Positions 1-10,878 of a DNA stretch of 64,000 nucleotides are shown here, in pieces. This DNA comes from Candidatus Mycalebacterium zealandia (GTDB taxonomy: Bacteria; Desulfobacterota_D; UBA1144; Nemesobacterales; Mycalebacteriaceae). The position numbers and the translations under genes were made by a program. Below the pieces are notes generated by a model. It saw only the letters and a program-made list of their open reading frames with translations, did no database searches and was not told the DNA's origin. Each line of letters starts with the position of its first letter. Positions within the stretch are counted from its first letter, which is position 1. The stretch is taken from assembly GCA_014075295.1 (NCBI GenBank), contig CP046180.1, forward strand, positions 698,458-762,457. Direction: 5' to 3'.

Positions 1-119
1 GCTGAGCCCCCATACCGCCGCGACCGCAAGCGCCATCACTGTTATTCTCATTGGCGTTTCCATGACTTGTTTCAGGGTGTTAGGTTATATGCTTTCAGTC
101 AAAGGGAAAAACGCAGGCA

Positions 120-452
120 TTGAAAATCGCCGCCTTCACAAAAGACCTTATGTTTTCATCGCGCATCCGCGAAGCCTCCGGAAGTTCGGAAGTTTTGTTC
201 GCGCGTTCGCTTGAAGATTTGCGCTCTGCGGCGGCGGACGGTCTTTCACTTGTGATTCTGGATCTTGCGAACGGGGAATCCGAAGCCGCTTTCAAACTTG
301 TAAAAACCGCCCTGCCCGGCGCGGTGTGCATTGGCTACTATCCGCACGTTGACAAAGACACGGCGGACAAATTCAAACAACTCGGATGCGACAAAGTTCT
401 GCCGCGCTCGCGCTTTGTGCGGGAATTGCCGGAATTGATTAAGTCTGCGTAA
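120..452 (+). CDS. small hypothetical protein, possibly receiver(CheY)-like fold; TTG start
   Basis: 110-aa ORF; first in-frame start after upstream stop is TTG at 120, preceded by AAAGGGAAAAA purine-rich RBS-like stretch; alternating beta/alpha pattern (VILDL, GYYPHVD) reminiscent of a receiver domain, but no clear acidic pocket. Confidence 0.4.
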   Translation: MKIAAFTKDLMFSSRIREASGSSEVLFARSLEDLRSAAADGLSLVILDLANGESEAAFKLVKTALPGAVCIGYYPHVDKDTADKFKQLGCDKVLPRSRFVRELPELIKSA

Positions 453-455
453 TCC

Positions 456-1250
456 TTATGACGACATCCGTTGCTCGTTTGCTTTGAGAACCTCTTTTGC
501 GGTTCTTGAGAGTTCGGTGTCCGGCTCTTTTGTTATTACCGCTTCAAAATCCGCTTTCGCTTCGGCGAACTTTCCGAGTTTTTGATATTCGGTCGCCCGC
601 GCGAAAAGAGCTTTTGTGAATTCGGGATTTATCTCAAACGCTTTGCTGAAATCTTCCGCCGCCTTTTTGTTGTTGCCCATGCTGTCATAGACGTGTCCTC
701 TGCTGTAAAGGCTTTCAAAGTCATTCGGGTTGATTTCAACCGCTTTGTCGTAATCTTTCAGCGCGTTTTCATAATCCCTAAGCAAGTTGTGGTATGTGGT
801 GGCGCGGTTGTAAAACGCTTCGCCGTTTTTCGGATCAATTTCAATCGCCTTGTCGTAATCGGCTATGGCAAGTTTGTATTTTCCAAGCCGCCCGTAAGCC
901 GTTCCCCTGCTTACATAAGTTCCCGCGAAATCCGGCATCATCTCTACAACTTTGTTGAAATCGTCTATCGCGGGGCTGTGGTCTCCGATGTCAACAAGCA
1001 GAGAACCGCGATTGTAAAACGCCTGCGCGTAGTCCGGCTTAATTTCAACCGCCTTTGAGTAAGAGTCAATCGCGTCTCGCAGTTTGCCCTGCATTGACAG
1101 CGCGACCCCGAGGTTGTAGCGCGCGTCCGGATGGTCGGGCTTTCCTTCAATCGCTTTGTTGTAATTCTCAACCGCTCCGTTCCAGTCTTCGGAACCGGCG
1201 CACGAATTTCCTTTTTTGAACGTACTTTCAAAATCTTCAGACATTTTCAT
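456..1250 (-). CDS. tetratricopeptide (TPR) repeat protein
   Basis: 264 aa; multiple 34-aa TPR units with A-x-x-Y/F-N-x-G pattern (AFYNRG, ARYNLG). Confidence 0.7.
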   Translation of the reverse strand: MKMSEDFESTFKKGNSCAGSEDWNGAVENYNKAIEGKPDHPDARYNLGVALSMQGKLRDAIDSYSKAVEIKPDYAQAFYNRGSLLVDIGDHSPAIDDFNKVVEMMPDFAGTYVSRGTAYGRLGKYKLAIADYDKAIEIDPKNGEAFYNRATTYHNLLRDYENALKDYDKAVEINPNDFESLYSRGHVYDSMGNNKKAAEDFSKAFEINPEFTKALFARATEYQKLGKFAEAKADFEAVITKEPDTELSRTAKEVLKANEQRMSS

Positions 1251-1269
1251 TTCTCCTTTTTGTGAATTT

Positions 1270-4200
1270 TTACGCCAAGTTGGGCGTGAGCCATTTTTTT
1301 GCCTCTTTCAATGATACCCTCTTTCTCTTCGCATAGTTTTTCAACTGGTCTTCCCGTATTTTCCCGACATTGAAATATTTTGCCTGCGGGTGCGCGAAAT
1401 AAAATCCCGAAACCGAACTTGCCGGATTCATCGCGAGGGTTTCCGTGAGCGAAACTCCGGTGTGTTTTTCCACATCCAGAAGTTTCCAGATTGTGAGTTT
1501 TCCCGTATGGTCAGGGCATGAAGGATATCCCGGCGCGGGCCTTACGCCTTTGTATTTTTCCTTTATCAGTTCTTCTTTGGAAAACTTCTCGCTTTTGCCG
1601 TAACCCCATATTTCACGGGCTTTTTTGTGCATCATCTCGGCGAGGGATTCGGCTATTCTGTCGGCGAGCGCTTTTACGATTATGGAAGTGTAGTCATCTC
1701 CGGCGCGTCTGAATGTTTCCGCGTATTTATCAGTTTTGTCTCCGGCTGTTACGACAAATGCCCCGATGTAGTCCCGTTTGCCGGACTCTTCGGGAAGAAT
1801 AAAATCGGAGTTGCAGTAATAGATTTCCTCTTTCGCGTTTTTTCTCAAGGTTTGCTGGCGCAGGAAATGCGCGGTCGCGATTGCCTGCCCGCCTTTGCTG
1901 TTCGGCGAATATATTTTTACATCGTCCCCGTTGCCGTTGGCGGGCCAGAAGCCGATTACCGCGCGCGGATTGAACGCGCCGGTTTTTATAATTTCGTCCA
2001 GTACCGCACGCGCGTCATTGTAAAGTTCGGTCGCCTGTTTGCCCCATTTCGGGTGTTTGAGAATTGAGGGGAAAGAGCCCTTCAGTTCCCACGTCCAGAA
2101 AAACGGAGACCAATCAATAAATTCGGCGGCGTCCGCCGTGCTGATGTTCTTAAACGGTATAACGCCCGTTTTTTCGGGCTTGGTAACGGAATGTTTCTTC
2201 CAATCGGCTTTGAATTTTTTGCTCCGCGCCGTTTCAATGTCCGTGTATTCAAGCGCGCCCGATCCGGCTAAATGCCGTTGCCGCTGTTTTTCCTGTTCGC
2301 TTTCAAGGGTTTTCGCGTATTGTGCGGATTTTTTCGGGTTCAAAATCTGTTCGCAGACGCCGACAACAAGCGAGGCGTCTTTAACGTGCTCAACCATTCC
2401 ACTATACGCGGGGGAAATTTTTACCGCCGTGTGCGTTTTGCTTGTGGTCGCGCCGCCGACAAGAAGCGGAATGTTCAAGCCCCGCCGCTCCATCTCCGCC
2501 GCGTTGTATATCATCTCGTCAAGGGACGGCGTTATTAGCCCGCTCATTCCTATCGCGTCCGCGTTTTCCTTTTTCGCGGTGTTGAGAATTTTCTCGCACG
2601 AAACCATCACGCCAAGGTCTATAACCTCATAGTTGTTGCACGAAAGCACCACGGAAACTATGTTTTTTCCGATGTCGTGAACATCGCCTTTTACCGTGGC
2701 GATAACGAATTTTCTGTCCGCCAGTTTTCCACCTTTTTCCTTTTCCATGAGCGGTGTAAGAAAAGAGACCGCTTTTTTCATCACACGGGCGCTTTTGACC
2801 ACCTGAGGCAGAAACATCTTCCCTTCCCCGAAAAGTTTTCCGACAATCTTCATTCCGCCCATCAGCGGACCCTCTATAACTTTCAGCGGTTTTTTATATT
2901 TTTTGAGCGCTTCTTCCGTGTCCGCTTCAACGAAGTCAACAATTCCGTGCACAAGCGAATGTTTTATCCGCTCCTCAATCTTCTCTTTTCTCCACAGATT
3001 TGAGTCTTTTTCATCGGCGGATTTTTTGCCGCTCTGGAACTCTTTGGCGATTTCAAGCAAATCTTCCGCGGCGTGCGGATTTTTGTTCAGAACCGCATTT
3101 TCAACTTTTTCAAGCAGATTTTTCTCAATGTCTTCGTACACCGCGAGCATTCCGGCGTTAACTATCGCCATGTCCAAGCCGTTTTTGACCGCGTGGTGAA
3201 GAAAAACACTGTGCATTGCTTCGCGCACCCTTTTGTTTCCCCTGAATGAGAATGAAAGGTTGCTTATGCCTCCGCTTATAAGCGCGCCGGGGCAATGTTT
3301 TTTGATTTCTTTTATGGATTCTATGAACTCAAGCGCGTAGGCGTTGTGTTCTTCAATTCCTGTCGCGATGGCGAGCACGTTGGGGTCAAAGATTATGTCT
3401 TCGGGAGCAATTCCGGCTTTTTCCACAAGCAGTTTGTATGCCCTGCGGCATATCCTCACTTTGTCCTTGCATGTTGCCGCCTGCCCTTTTTCGTCAAACG
3501 CCATAACCACGGCGGCGGCTCCGTAGCGTTTGATTGTCCGCGCCTGCTCAAGAAAAACTTTTTCGCCCTCTTTCAAACTTATGGAGTTAACAATGCATTT
3601 GCCCTGAACGCATTTGAGACCCGCTTCAATCACTCCCCACCGTGAGCTGTCCACCATTATCGGAACGCGCGCTATTGAGGGTTCGGACGAAACGAGATTG
3701 AGAAAACGCGTCATGCATTTTTCGCCGTCCAGCATCGCTTCGTCAAAATTGACATCTATAAGGTTTGCTCCGTTTTCAACCTGTTGGCGCGCGACCTGCA
3801 AAGCGTCTTCAAACTTGTCTTCCTTAATCAGGCGCGAAAACACCGGAGAGCCCGTAATGTTTGTTCTTTCGCCGACAATTATCAGATTGCCATCGCTGTT
3901 TCGCGCTCCTTTTGACGATTTTATAGTTAGCGGCTCAAGACCGCTCAGGCGGGTTGCCGGTTGAATCTTTGCGGGTTTTCTCGGCGGGATTTTCTTCAGG
4001 CTTTTCACAATTTCCGCGATGTGTTCGGGGGTTGTTCCGCAACATCCGCCCACGATATTTACAAGAGATGAGCGGGCGAATTCAGTGAGCAGCTCCGAAG
4101 TGTCTTCGGGTTTTTCGTTATATCCGGTTTCGCTCATGGGGTCCGGCAGTCCGGCGTTGGGGTAGCAACTGACAAAACAGTCCGCGGTTCGCGCGAGGTC

Positions 4201-4992
4201 TTCCATATAGGGCCTCATTTCTGATGCTCCGAGCGCGCAGTTAATTCCCACACTGATGGGATTTGAGTGTTTGACCGAGTTCCAGAACGCCTCAACCGTC
4301 TGTCCGGAAAGCGTTCTGCCCGACATGTCCGTTATGGTCATTGACAGCATAACGGGCATTGTGAGCCCTCTTCTCTCAAACATTTCCTCTATTGCGTAAA
4401 TGGCGGCTTTCAGGTTGAGAGTGTCAAAACTTGTTTCGGCTATCAGAATGTCCGCGCCGCCTTCGACGAGCCCCTCGGCTTGCTCAATGTAGGCGGCTTT
4501 GAGGTCGTCAAAAGTCGCGGCTCTGTAAGAGGGATCTTCAACTTTCGGAGACATTGACGCCGTTTTATTTGTGGGGCCAAGCGCTCCGGCAACAAAACGC
4601 CTTGTTCGCCCTCCGGCTTCCTTCACCGCCCGCACCGCGATTTCCGCCGCTTTTTTGTTGATTTCAAAAACGTGGTCTTGCAACCCGTAATCCGCCTGCG
4701 ATATTGATGTCGCGTTGAATGTGTTTGTCTCAATGATGTCGCATCCCGCTTTGAGATACGCCTTGTGTATGTTCAGAATTGCGTCCGGTTTTGTCAGAAC
4801 CAGAATATCGTTGTTTCCTTTCAGCGTTTCGGCGGAAGCGTTTTTAAAGATTTTTCCTCTGAAATCTTTTTCCTCAAGACCAAGGCGCTGAATCATTGTT
4901 CCCATGGCGCCATCAAGGAACACGATTCTTTTTTCAAGGAGTTTTTTCAGGGCGTTTTCAGTTTCACGCCCGGACGATTTTGATTTTTTCAT
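1270..4992 (-). CDS. metH: cobalamin-dependent methionine synthase
   Basis: 1240 aa; homocysteine-binding, pterin-binding, B12-binding ([10 protein letters not shown] = DxHxxG motif) and C-terminal AdoMet reactivation domains recognisable in translation. Confidence 0.95.
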   Translation of the reverse strand: MKKSKSSGRETENALKKLLEKRIVFLDGAMGTMIQRLGLEEKDFRGKIFKNASAETLKGNNDILVLTKPDAILNIHKAYLKAGCDIIETNTFNATSISQADYGLQDHVFEINKKAAEIAVRAVKEAGGRTRRFVAGALGPTNKTASMSPKVEDPSYRAATFDDLKAAYIEQAEGLVEGGADILIAETSFDTLNLKAAIYAIEEMFERRGLTMPVMLSMTITDMSGRTLSGQTVEAFWNSVKHSNPISVGINCALGASEMRPYMEDLARTADCFVSCYPNAGLPDPMSETGYNEKPEDTSELLTEFARSSLVNIVGGCCGTTPEHIAEIVKSLKKIPPRKPAKIQPATRLSGLEPLTIKSSKGARNSDGNLIIVGERTNITGSPVFSRLIKEDKFEDALQVARQQVENGANLIDVNFDEAMLDGEKCMTRFLNLVSSEPSIARVPIMVDSSRWGVIEAGLKCVQGKCIVNSISLKEGEKVFLEQARTIKRYGAAAVVMAFDEKGQAATCKDKVRICRRAYKLLVEKAGIAPEDIIFDPNVLAIATGIEEHNAYALEFIESIKEIKKHCPGALISGGISNLSFSFRGNKRVREAMHSVFLHHAVKNGLDMAIVNAGMLAVYEDIEKNLLEKVENAVLNKNPHAAEDLLEIAKEFQSGKKSADEKDSNLWRKEKIEERIKHSLVHGIVDFVEADTEEALKKYKKPLKVIEGPLMGGMKIVGKLFGEGKMFLPQVVKSARVMKKAVSFLTPLMEKEKGGKLADRKFVIATVKGDVHDIGKNIVSVVLSCNNYEVIDLGVMVSCEKILNTAKKENADAIGMSGLITPSLDEMIYNAAEMERRGLNIPLLVGGATTSKTHTAVKISPAYSGMVEHVKDASLVVGVCEQILNPKKSAQYAKTLESEQEKQRQRHLAGSGALEYTDIETARSKKFKADWKKHSVTKPEKTGVIPFKNISTADAAEFIDWSPFFWTWELKGSFPSILKHPKWGKQATELYNDARAVLDEIIKTGAFNPRAVIGFWPANGNGDDVKIYSPNSKGGQAIATAHFLRQQTLRKNAKEEIYYCNSDFILPEESGKRDYIGAFVVTAGDKTDKYAETFRRAGDDYTSIIVKALADRIAESLAEMMHKKAREIWGYGKSEKFSKEELIKEKYKGVRPAPGYPSCPDHTGKLTIWKLLDVEKHTGVSLTETLAMNPASSVSGFYFAHPQAKYFNVGKIREDQLKNYAKRKRVSLKEAKKWLTPNLA

Positions 4993-5000
4993 TCCTTGTT

Positions 5001-5861
5001 TTACCAGTTATTTCTGAGCTCTCTGAGCTCAGAAAAAATTTTGGCTTCATCTCGCGCCTGCGGGAACACTTCGCGCATTTTCTCCGCCACGCCTTCATTT
5101 CCGCATCTCATAAACGGATTGTAAAGTTTTTCTTCACCTATTGTTGAAACGGGGTTGCCGTTTGTCCTTACTTCACCCAGTTTTCTTTTGGCGTCTGTGT
5201 TGTCCGGTTCAATGCTGAGCGCGAACTCAAGATTTGTTTCCGCGTAGTTGTGCCCGCAGAAAACACGGATTTTGTCGTCCAGTTGCCCAAGCCGCCGGAC
5301 GGAATTGAAAAGGTCATTCACATTGCCTCCGAAACGGGTGTTTCCGCAACCCGAAAGAAACAGAGTGTCCGCCACGAAAGCATTTCCGTCAATAAGAAGC
5401 GTTATGTGGTCGGTGCAGTGTCCGGGTGTGTGCATAACCGAGAATGACAGATTGCCGAACTTGATGCCGTCTCCCTCGCCCACGGTTTGCCGTGCTCCGG
5501 TTTTTTCCGCGCCAAGTGCGTGTGAAACAATCGGCGCGCCCGTTGCCTTTGCCGCGGATTCATTTCCGGCTATGTGGTCGGGATGGGAGTGCGTGTTAAT
5601 GATGACTTCCGCGGACATTGCTTCGCTTGCGATGTGGTCAAGGATTTCCCCGGGCGACAGGGGGTCAATAACGGCGCACTTTCCCGTTTCCGAACAGCAG
5701 ACGGTGTAACTGTAGTTAGAGTCGCTTTTTGGAACAGAGAACCTTGTTATGAAAAACTGTCCGCAGTTAAAAATCTCCATAAGTCCCATAAAATCTACAC
5801 AATGCCCGGATTCAATCAAAAAACCATTTCGCTTCCGTCCGGGCGGCGCGGGCTTTGACAA
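5001..5861 (-). CDS. MBL-fold hydrolase, hydroxyacylglutathione hydrolase (glyoxalase II)-like; true start probably internal Met (~5780-5789)
   Basis: [11 protein letters not shown] metal-binding motif, [10 protein letters not shown]-terminal NPFMR as in GloB family; 8 bp from metH on the same strand. Confidence 0.75.
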   Translation of the reverse strand: MSKPAPPGRKRNGFLIESGHCVDFMGLMEIFNCGQFFITRFSVPKSDSNYSYTVCCSETGKCAVIDPLSPGEILDHIASEAMSAEVIINTHSHPDHIAGNESAAKATGAPIVSHALGAEKTGARQTVGEGDGIKFGNLSFSVMHTPGHCTDHITLLIDGNAFVADTLFLSGCGNTRFGGNVNDLFNSVRRLGQLDDKIRVFCGHNYAETNLEFALSIEPDNTDAKRKLGEVRTNGNPVSTIGEEKLYNPFMRCGNEGVAEKMREVFPQARDEAKIFSELRELRNNW

Positions 5862-5953
5862 CCCGCCGTGTCGCTGTCATATTAATATCCCGATTTTGCT
5901 TCATGGCAGTCCGTTGCGGCGCGGATTGATTGTGAAAAAGGGGCTTTTAAGCA

Positions 5954-7198
5954 ATGTCTTTTGTTCAGCAACTTTCCTGCAAAGAGTGCGGGCGTTCATA
6001 CCCGAAAAAAGCTCTGCATGTTTGCGAGGACTGTTTCGGTCCCCTGGAGGTCAATTACGATTATTCCGCCGTGAAAAATGCTCTTTCGCGCGAAAAAATT
6101 GCGTCTCGCGCTCCGAACATATGGAGATACGCCGAGCTTCTTCCCATTGATGAAAAACCGCAAGCCGGCTTTGATGTGGGTTTTACTCCGCTTCTCAAAG
6201 CGGAAAAACTGGGACGCGCTCTCGGGCACAAAAACCTTTATGTGAAAAACGACGCGGTTTCGTTTCCCACGCTTTCCTTCAAAGACAGGGTTGTTTCGGT
6301 CGCGCTTTCAAAGGCGCTTGAGTTTGGATACAAAACTGTTTCTTGCGCGTCAACGGGCAATCTCGCCAACGCGGTCGCTTCAATAGCCGCCGAGCGCGGA
6401 CTTGAAGCCGTAATTTTTATTCCGCACGATCTTGAAAAATCCAAGGTGATAAACACCGTTGTTTACGGCGCGAAACTTATAGGCATTAAAGGCACTTATG
6501 ACGATGTGAACCGCCTTTGCAGTGAAATCGCGGGCAAGCGCGATTGGGCTTTTGTGAATGTGAACATGAGGCCCTACTACTCCGAAGGGTCAAAAAGCCT
6601 GGGTTTTGAAGTGGCGGAGCAGATGGGCTGGAAGCTCCCGCGCCATATTGTTGTTCCCATGGCGAGCGGTTCTCTTTTGACGAAAATCCATAAAGCGTTC
6701 GGCGAACTGCGGGAGGTCGGGCTTATTGACGATTCCGAACCCGCTCCGGTTATGCACGGAGCGCAAGCGGCAGGTTGCTCGCCGATTTCCACCGCCGTCA
6801 AAGACGGAAGGGATTTTTTCAAGCCCGTTATACCGGACACAATCGCAAAATCGCTTTCAATAGGAAATCCCGCGGACGGTTACTACGCGATAAAGATCAT
6901 AAATGAGAGCGGCGGATGGAGCGAAGACGCTTCCGATGACGAAATACGCGAGGGAATCGCCCTTCTTGCCGAGACCGAGGGCATATACACCGAAACCGCA
7001 GGCGGTGTTACGGTGGCGAGCGCGAAAAAACTGATAGCGCAGGGTCGCATACCTGACGGCGAGCCAACCGTGCTGTGCATAACGGGCAACGGGCTTAAAA
7101 CTCAGGACGCGATTGAAAACAGCGTTTCAACCCCTTATCTTATGGAACCGAATATTGAGGATTTTGAAAAGATGTTCGCGGAAAACAACAGCAAATAA
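5954..7198 (+). CDS. thrC: threonine synthase with N-terminal zinc-ribbon
   Basis: 414 aa; CxxC...CxxC ribbon at N-terminus (CKECGRS...CEDCFG), PLP-lysine motif SFKDR, fold-type II PLP enzyme; RBS AAAAGGGG upstream. Confidence 0.9.
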   Translation: MSFVQQLSCKECGRSYPKKALHVCEDCFGPLEVNYDYSAVKNALSREKIASRAPNIWRYAELLPIDEKPQAGFDVGFTPLLKAEKLGRALGHKNLYVKNDAVSFPTLSFKDRVVSVALSKALEFGYKTVSCASTGNLANAVASIAAERGLEAVIFIPHDLEKSKVINTVVYGAKLIGIKGTYDDVNRLCSEIAGKRDWAFVNVNMRPYYSEGSKSLGFEVAEQMGWKLPRHIVVPMASGSLLTKIHKAFGELREVGLIDDSEPAPVMHGAQAAGCSPISTAVKDGRDFFKPVIPDTIAKSLSIGNPADGYYAIKIINESGGWSEDASDDEIREGIALLAETEGIYTETAGGVTVASAKKLIAQGRIPDGEPTVLCITGNGLKTQDAIENSVSTPYLMEPNIEDFEKMFAENNSK

Positions 7199-7208
7199 GG
7201 AGCCGAAA

Positions 7209-7481
7209 ATGCCGCTTGTCAGAATACCCACCCCTCTCAGAAATCTTTCCGGAGACAGAGACGAACTCAACGTTGCCGCCGCAAATATTGGCGATATGAT
7301 TGAAAAACTTGAAGCGGAATGCCCCGGAATGAAAGACCGGCTCTGTGACGAGAGCGGAGAAATCAGAAGGTTTATAAATATCTACGTCAACAACGAAGAC
7401 ATCAGGTTTCTTGACGGAAAAGAAACCGCCCTTTCAGAAAACGACAATGTTTCAATAATCCCCGCAATTGCGGGCGGATGA
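7209..7481 (+). CDS. MoaD/ThiS-family sulfur-carrier protein (C-terminal GG)
   Basis: 90 aa, ends ...IIPAIAGG; ATG at 7209 preceded by AAGGAG RBS; 10 bp after thrC stop. The ORF-track start at 7113 would overlap thrC and is rejected. Confidence 0.75.
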   Translation: MPLVRIPTPLRNLSGDRDELNVAAANIGDMIEKLEAECPGMKDRLCDESGEIRRFINIYVNNEDIRFLDGKETALSENDNVSIIPAIAGG

Positions 7482-7491
7482 GGATTTATAA

Positions 7492-7535
7492 GGCGGTTTA
7501 CCCGTACAAGCGTGTAACCAAGTCTTTTTTTGGAA
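7492..7535 (+). terminator. putative rho-independent terminator after the MoaD-like gene
   Basis: Imperfect hairpin GGTTTAC...GTAACC followed by T7 run (aagtctttttttgg). Confidence 0.35.
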
Positions 7536-7544
7536 GAGCAGGCA

Positions 7545-9125
7545 TTACGATTTTTTTGCAAGCATTTCTTTTATATCTGCAGGCAATTTGATACTTGTTT
7601 TGCTTTCAAAATCCGCAACGCTTCCATATTCATTGTTGAACAAATTAACTATATCAAGACCTTTATCTTTGGCGGTTGTAAAATCTTCTTTGGCTTTACC
7701 AAACTCTTGCAAGTGTAAAAAACTTATTGCACGGTTGTAATATACAAGATAGTAATCTGGCTTAAGTTTTATCGCTTTGTTGTAGTCAGCAATGGCTTTG
7801 TCATATTCGCCTTTCTCTGCATAACAACCCCCACGATTGTAATAAGCTTCCGCATAATCCGGCTTAAGGTTTATCGCTTCGTTGCAGTCAGCAATGGCTT
7901 TGTCGTATTCGCCTTTCTTTGCATAACAACCCCCACGATTGTAATAAGCTTCCACATAATCTGGCTTAAGATTTATCACTTTGTTGCAGTCAGCAATGGC
8001 TTTGTCATATTCGCCTTTCTCTGCATAACAACCCCCACGATTGTTATAAGTGGCCGCATAATCTGGTTTAAGGTTTATCGCTTCGTTGTAGTCAGCAATG
8101 GCTTTGTCATATTCGCCTTTCTTTGCATAACAACCTCCACGATTGTAATAAGCGTCCGCATCATTTGGTTTAAGGTTTATCGCTTCGTTGTAGTCAGCAA
8201 TGGCTTTGTCATATTCGCCTTTCTTTGCATAACAACCTCCGCGATTGTAATAAGCGTCCGCATAATCTGGTTTAAGTTCTATTGTTTTGCTAAATTGATT
8301 TATAGCATCTGTGGAGTTTTTTACCGCATAGTATGCGACTCCACAGTGAAAGTGAGCTCTTGCTTTCTCCACATCATTGTTTGCGGAGTCAATCTTTTCT
8401 TTCCAGTAATTTACACTACGTTCAATATCAAATGTTTTATTCAAAGAATTTGCCACGGCATAACCGGAAAAATCAGAAAACAACGATTCTTCATCAATGC
8501 CATATGTGTATTGTAATTCTTCAATGATTTGGGTTTTACTATCTTTATCAACCAAAAACCTGTCCATTCTATTTGGTTGAATAGAAACGACACCGAAGAC
8601 AAAGATAGAACTTTGAGCCACAGTGCGATTTCCACGAGCAGAAGGTTCCCATAGCCATGGATTAGAATCACCATGATTGTTATAGAAATCCTCTATTTCC
8701 TCTTCAAGGTTTTGATTGTTTATTTCTTTTGTCTGTGAACTGGAAAGAATATGAACAGCCCCGTCTTTTTCTTTGTTTTCATTACAGGCAAACCAGAGAG
8801 CAATCAAAGGGTTCCGGGTAAAATCTATAAGTCCTGTGGCAGCCCCTTGGTGTTGCAATTTTGCTAACAGTTCTAAGTTTTTCGGATTTTCTTCATCAGC
8901 CAATCCACGCATTTTGAGCCTATCGATAAGAGATTGCAAATAGCCTATAACCAGAGGCGTTGCCAAGTCTGGTTCAATGGATTTATGGTTCAGGCGACGA
9001 AAAGCAGAGCAATTAACCTGCCATTCTGCATTAGATTGCCCTCTATAAAACAAATTGTTGTCTTTTTTAAGTTCGTACAGCCGCTCATGAAATTCTGCAA
9101 CTGTTTTTATAATGATTTTGCTCAT
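7545..9125 (-). CDS. FRG-domain protein fused to C-terminal TPR array
   Basis: N-terminal FRG-domain motifs (LFYRGQ; LQHQGAATGLIDFTRNPLIALWFA) followed by six or more near-identical 34-aa TPR units (YYNRGGCYAKKGEYDKAIADYNEAINLKPDYA); markedly AT-rich versus flanks. Confidence 0.8.
   Translation of the reverse strand: MSKIIIKTVAEFHERLYELKKDNNLFYRGQSNAEWQVNCSAFRRLNHKSIEPDLATPLVIGYLQSLIDRLKMRGLADEENPKNLELLAKLQHQGAATGLIDFTRNPLIALWFACNENKEKDGAVHILSSSQTKEINNQNLEEEIEDFYNNHGDSNPWLWEPSARGNRTVAQSSIFVFGVVSIQPNRMDRFLVDKDSKTQIIEELQYTYGIDEESLFSDFSGYAVANSLNKTFDIERSVNYWKEKIDSANNDVEKARAHFHCGVAYYAVKNSTDAINQFSKTIELKPDYADAYYNRGGCYAKKGEYDKAIADYNEAINLKPNDADAYYNRGGCYAKKGEYDKAIADYNEAINLKPDYAATYNNRGGCYAEKGEYDKAIADCNKVINLKPDYVEAYYNRGGCYAKKGEYDKAIADCNEAINLKPDYAEAYYNRGGCYAEKGEYDKAIADYNKAIKLKPDYYLVYYNRAISFLHLQEFGKAKEDFTTAKDKGLDIVNLFNNEYGSVADFESKTSIKLPADIKEMLAKKS
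7745..8300 (-). repeat. tandem near-identical ~102-bp units encoding TPR modules
   Basis: Repeated DNA blocks (e.g. ggcttaaggtttatcgcttcgttgtagtcagcaatggctttgtcatattcgcctttctttgcataacaacc) recur with few substitutions. Confidence 0.8.
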
Positions 9126-9189
9126 TTTGATATTTCCCTACGATTTTTGGAAGTGAAATGGAAAACGAAACCGAAAAATGCCAGAATCA

Positions 9190-10248
9190 CTAAAACTCTT
9201 TCTCCAATTCATCAATAAGTTTTTTCTGTTTCCCGGACAGTTTTTTTGGAATTTCCACTTTTACGTTTACGAACAAATCACCCGTGCCTCTGCCGTTCAT
9301 ATTGGCAATTCCTTTTCCTTTGAGCCGCATAACCGTTCCCGACTGAGTTCCGCCCGGTACTTTGAAGTTAATCTTGTCGCCGCTCAAAGACGGGATTGAG
9401 ATTTCATCGCCCTTGATTGCCTGGATGAAGTTTATTTGTACCTCGCGTATCAAATCCGCGCCTTCTCTTCTGAAAGTTTCATGTTCGGCGACAATGCAAC
9501 GTATGTAGAGGTCGCCGTTTTCTCCTTTGCCGTTGTCGGCGGCTTGCCCCTCGCCTCTGATTCTCAAGCGGGTTCCGCTGTCAACTCCGGGTGGAATTGA
9601 AACGTTGACCTTGCTTTTTTCCGTTACAACTCCGTTGCCCCGGCATTTTTTGCACGGTTCCGTTATCAACTCGCCCCTGCCCTGACAGCCACGGCAAGTT
9701 TGGCGCATCTGAAAAGGTCCTTGTCTGTAAGTCTGGTTTCCGCTTCCGCCGCATTGGTCGCAGGTGACGGTTTTGTCTCCGCCTTTGCCGCCACAATCGG
9801 TGCATTTCACGGTTCGGGGTATCACAACCTCTTTTTTGCACCCAAATACCGCGTCTTCAAACGATATGCCAAGGTCAAGTATGAGGTCCTGTCCTTTCGC
9901 CGGTCCACGCCGCCCCGCGCCGCCTGAAAAAACATCGTCAAAAAGGTCGCCGAAAAGTCCGCCTAAATCTTCAAAACCCCCGGCTCCGCCGCCAAACCCG
10001 CGACCAAAATCAAAACCTTGCCCTCCAGCGCCAGCGTGTCCGAAATTGTCATACTGAGAGCGTTTGTTTTCGTCTGAAAGCACTTGATACGCTTCGTTTA
10101 TTTCCTTGAATTTTTCTTCCGCTTTCTTTTTGTCTTTGTTTCTGTCGGGATGATATTTCTGAGCAAGCTTTCTATACGCTTTTTTGATTTCGTCATCGTT
10201 TGCGCCGCGCGAAACACCGAGCGTTTCGTAGTAGTCTGTTTTAGCCAT
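9190..10248 (-). CDS. dnaJ: chaperone DnaJ
   Basis: J-domain (DYYETLGV...[16 protein letters not shown]), G/F-rich linker, four CxxCxGxG zinc-finger repeats; start MAKTDYY at 10248 is adjacent to the grpE stop. Confidence 0.9.
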   Translation of the reverse strand: MAKTDYYETLGVSRGANDDEIKKAYRKLAQKYHPDRNKDKKKAEEKFKEINEAYQVLSDENKRSQYDNFGHAGAGGQGFDFGRGFGGGAGGFEDLGGLFGDLFDDVFSGGAGRRGPAKGQDLILDLGISFEDAVFGCKKEVVIPRTVKCTDCGGKGGDKTVTCDQCGGSGNQTYRQGPFQMRQTCRGCQGRGELITEPCKKCRGNGVVTEKSKVNVSIPPGVDSGTRLRIRGEGQAADNGKGENGDLYIRCIVAEHETFRREGADLIREVQINFIQAIKGDEISIPSLSGDKINFKVPGGTQSGTVMRLKGKGIANMNGRGTGDLFVNVKVEIPKKLSGKQKKLIDELEKEF

Positions 10249-10249
10249 T

Positions 10250-10876
10250 TTACTTTTCCGGTTTTTCGTTTTCGCCGGACTGTTCTTTATTTTCCGGTTC
10301 GGAGCTTTCGGGCTCTGCGCTTCCCGATGAAACCGCGACAAAGATCGGACGAATCAATGTTTCGCCCGCAGTATATCCCTTCGCGATTTCCTCCGCCACG
10401 CAACCATTTTCCACTTCTTCGGACGGCCTGCTTTCTATTGCCTGATGCACTGACGGGTTGAATTTTTCGCCAACTCCGGCGGACAGTTGAGTTATGCCGA
10501 AGTTGCCGAGTTGAGACACGGATTGCTCGTAAGTCAGGCGGACGCCCTGAATAAGTCCATCACTGTCCGCGTCTGATTGGGAGCTGTGTTTGAGCGCCAG
10601 TTCAAGGCTGTCCAGAATGCCGAAAATTGACGCCGCCAAATCACGTATTCCCGAAAGACGCACGGTTTCTTTTTCTTTTTCGGCGCGTTTTTTGTAATTG
10701 TCAAACTCCGCCGCCAGACGCAGGAACCTGTCGTTGAGTTCGTTGTATTTCTCTTCAAAGTTTTCCGCCTTTTCCGCGTTGATTTCTTTCTTTTTCGTCT
10801 GTTTCGCGTCAGCGGGCGCGGCGGACGGTTTTTGTTCCGGTGTTTCTTCGGTTTTTTCTTTTTTCTTTGAACTCAC
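10250..10876 (-). CDS. grpE: nucleotide exchange factor GrpE
   Basis: 208 aa; coiled-coil N-terminus and GrpE core ([19 protein letters not shown]); within the dnaK operon. Confidence 0.85.
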   Translation of the reverse strand: MSSKKKEKTEETPEQKPSAAPADAKQTKKKEINAEKAENFEEKYNELNDRFLRLAAEFDNYKKRAEKEKETVRLSGIRDLAASIFGILDSLELALKHSSQSDADSDGLIQGVRLTYEQSVSQLGNFGITQLSAGVGEKFNPSVHQAIESRPSEEVENGCVAEEIAKGYTAGETLIRPIFVAVSSGSAEPESSEPENKEQSGENEKPEK

Positions 10877-10878
10877 TT

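Noticed and set aside
1518-4983. Multiple 60-200-aa plus-strand ORFs inside metH
   Set aside because: They are antisense to a confidently identified 1240-aa metH. They have biased composition and no domains.
5862-5953. Possible SAM or B12 riboswitch upstream of the MBL-metH operon
   Set aside because: The gap is only ~90 bp and shared with the divergent thrC promoter. No recognisable riboswitch core motifs were seen.
7113-7208. N-terminal extension of the MoaD-like ORF given by the track
   Set aside because: It overlaps the thrC 3' end. ATG at 7209 has an AAGGAG RBS and yields a typical ~90-aa MoaD/ThiS protein.
10249-10341. N-terminal 31-aa extension of dnaJ ORF (MSRFHREAQ...)
   Set aside because: It overlaps the grpE coding region. 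Canonical DnaJ begins MAKTDYY at 10248, directly after the grpE stop.
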